A stretch of DNA of 64,000 nucleotides from an uncultured Christensenella sp. (GTDB lineage Bacteria > Bacillota > Clostridia > Christensenellales > CAG-138). Shown in pieces: positions 62,651-64,000 of the stretch. The translations under genes were made by a program, and so were the position numbers. Below the pieces are notes generated by a model. The model saw nothing but the letters and a program-made list of their open reading frames with translations, was not told the origin of the DNA and did not search any database. The stretch is from the NCBI GenBank assembly GCA_964426415.1, contig CAYRQM010000005.1:265-64264 (forward strand). Direction: 5' to 3'. Every line of letters starts with the position of its first letter. Position 1 is the stretch's first letter.

Positions 62651-64000
62651 ATGCCAGACTGGATGCAGTATGTATGGATCGGCGTCGCTGCCATTGTGGG
62701 CGTCGTCGCAGGCTTCCTGATCGGTTACTTCTATCGCAAGAACGTGGCGGAGGCGAAGGTCGAAAAGGCCGAGGACGCCGTGAAACGCCTGTATGATGAC
62801 GCACAAAAGAAGGCCGAGGAAGTCCGAAAAGAAAAAGTGTTGGAGGCAAAGGAAGAGGTTTACAAGATCCGTTCCGACGCCGAGAAGGAAAACCGCGAAC
62901 GCCGTGCCGAGCTGCAGCGCACCGAGCGCAGGCTGTTCCAGCGGGAAGAATCCTTAGACAAAAAGATCGAAGGCGTAGAGACCCGCGAGCAGGCGTTGAA
63001 CGAACGCATGACGAAGGTCGAGCAGTCCGAAGCAGAAATCGCCGCACTGCGCGCCAAGCAAATTCAAGAATTGGAACGCATTTCGGGCTTGTCCGTGGAC
63101 GACGCCAAGGCGATGGTGCTTTCGGACGCCGAGCAGGAAGCGCGGCACGACGCCGCCATCATGCTGCGTGACATCGAGCAGCAGACCAAGGACGAAGCCG
63201 ACAAGCGCGCCCGCAACATCGTATCGCTGGCGATTCAGCGCTGCGCGGCAGACCATGTGGCAGAAGCCACCGTCTCCGTGGTGCCGCTGCCCAACGACGA
63301 AATGAAGGGTCGCATCATCGGCCGCGAGGGGCGCAACATTCGCGCTTTGGAGACGGCGACGGGTGTGGATCTCATCATCGACGACACGCCGGAAGCGGTC
63401 ATTCTGTCCGCGTTCGATCCCGTGCGCCGCGAGGTTGCCCGCATCGCATTGGAAAAGCTCATCATGGACGGCCGCATTCATCCCGCACGCATCGAAGAGA
63501 TGGTGGAAAAGGCGAAGAAGGAAGTGGACGTGCAGATCCGCGAAGCCGGCGAAGCCGCCGTGCTGGAAGTGGGCGTGCACGGGCTGCACCACGACCTCAT
63601 CCGCTATTTGGGACGGATGCGTTACCGCACCAGCTATGGTCAAAACGTGCTGCGGCACTCCATCGAAGTGGCGCATTTGGCAGGCATCATGGCGTCGGAG
63701 ATCGGCGCAAACGTGGCGCTGGCAAAGCGTGCCGGGCTGTTGCACGACATCGGCAAGTCCATCGACCACGAGGTCGAAGGCAGCCATGCGCAGATTGGCG
63801 CCGACCTTGCCAAGAAGTACCGCGAGAACAACCAAATCGTGCACTGCATTTTGGCGCACCATGGCGACGTAGACCCCAATTCCGTCGAAGCGGTGCTGGT
63901 GCAGGCGGCGGACGCCATCTCGGCGGCACGTCCCGGCGCACGGCGCGAGACGCTCGAAACCTACATCAAGCGTCTTGAAAAGTTGGAAGAGATCGCCAAT
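62651..64000 (+). CDS. rny: ribonuclease Y (3' end outside window)
   Basis: Absent from the ORF track because there is no stop within the window. My own translation from the ATG at 62651 (GGAG 6 nt upstream) gives an N-terminal TM helix ([27 protein letters not shown]), a coiled coil, a KH domain ([15 protein letters not shown]) and an HD domain (LLHDIGK...HHGD). Confidence 0.93.
   Translation, partial: MPDWMQYVWIGVAAIVGVVAGFLIGYFYRKNVAEAKVEKAEDAVKRLYDDAQKKAEEVRKEKVLEAKEEVYKIRSDAEKENRERRAELQRTERRLFQREESLDKKIEGVETREQALNERMTKVEQSEAEIAALRAKQIQELERISGLSVDDAKAMVLSDAEQEARHDAAIMLRDIEQQTKDEADKRARNIVSLAIQRCAADHVAEATVSVVPLPNDEMKGRIIGREGRNIRALETATGVDLIIDDTPEAVILSAFDPVRREVARIALEKLIMDGRIHPARIEEMVEKAKKEVDVQIREAGEAAVLEVGVHGLHHDLIRYLGRMRYRTSYGQNVLRHSIEVAHLAGIMASEIGANVALAKRAGLLHDIGKSIDHEVEGSHAQIGADLAKKYRENNQIVHCILAHHGDVDPNSVEAVLVQAADAISAARPGARRETLETYIKRLEKLEEIAN

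Noticed and set aside
1-64000. tRNA, rRNA, tmRNA, prophage or defence-system genes
   Set aside because: I scanned the intergenic regions by eye. I saw no cloverleaf-compatible sequences with a T-loop GGTTCGAATCC-type motif and no rRNA-like stretches. I also saw no integrase, restriction, Cas, abortive-infection or phage structural gene signatures among the translated ORFs.

Overview
This is a GC-rich Bacillota (Clostridia-type) chromosomal window. Supporting signs are PolC, RNase Y, a long-form HPF, an IspH-S1 fusion, GGAGG Shine-Dalgarno sites and TGnTATA(A/C)T extended -10 promoters. I call about 54 CDS. I found no rRNA, tRNA, CRISPR array, transposase or integrase. Left to right the content is as follows. 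(1) The tail of a cytidylate-kinase-like gene, two lipoproteins, hpf, two small unknown ORFs and secA. (2) A minus-strand block with a serine hydrolase, a heterodimeric ABC exporter and a RelP/RelQ-type small alarmone synthetase, divergent from an intramembrane-sensing two-component system. (3) A cobalamin-riboswitch-controlled BtuFCD-like importer. (4) A second heterodimeric ABC exporter, a DUF2284 protein and an XRE regulator. (5) An ECF sigma / membrane anti-sigma candidate / YfbK-like vWA lipoprotein operon. (6) A membrane protein and an Mbeg1-like hydrolase. (7) A full pstSCAB-phoU-phoPR operon ending in a translationally coupled DUF1653 gene, directly downstream of a 1261-aa cell-wall-anchored double 5'-nucleotidase/phosphoesterase (YfkN-like). 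(8) Three tandem paralogues of a secreted PQQ-like beta-propeller protein. (9) A housekeeping run: surE, rpiR-like, FAD protein, cmk, plsC, ispH-rpsA fusion, pyrH, frr, uppS, dxr, rseP, ispG, polC and rny (3' end outside the window). The most unusual observations are these. The triplicated beta-propeller family has three different anchors. A perfect 154-bp tandem duplication copies the promoter and first six codons of the third paralogue. At three genes a good promoter sits 6-7 nt from an ATG that has no SD, which suggests leaderless mRNAs. A mosaic hairpin repeat family fills four large intergenic regions. There is an orphan dockerin half-module with its own terminator. Pho-box-like direct repeats lie upstream of pstS. 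All functional calls come from motif recognition by eye. No database search was run.
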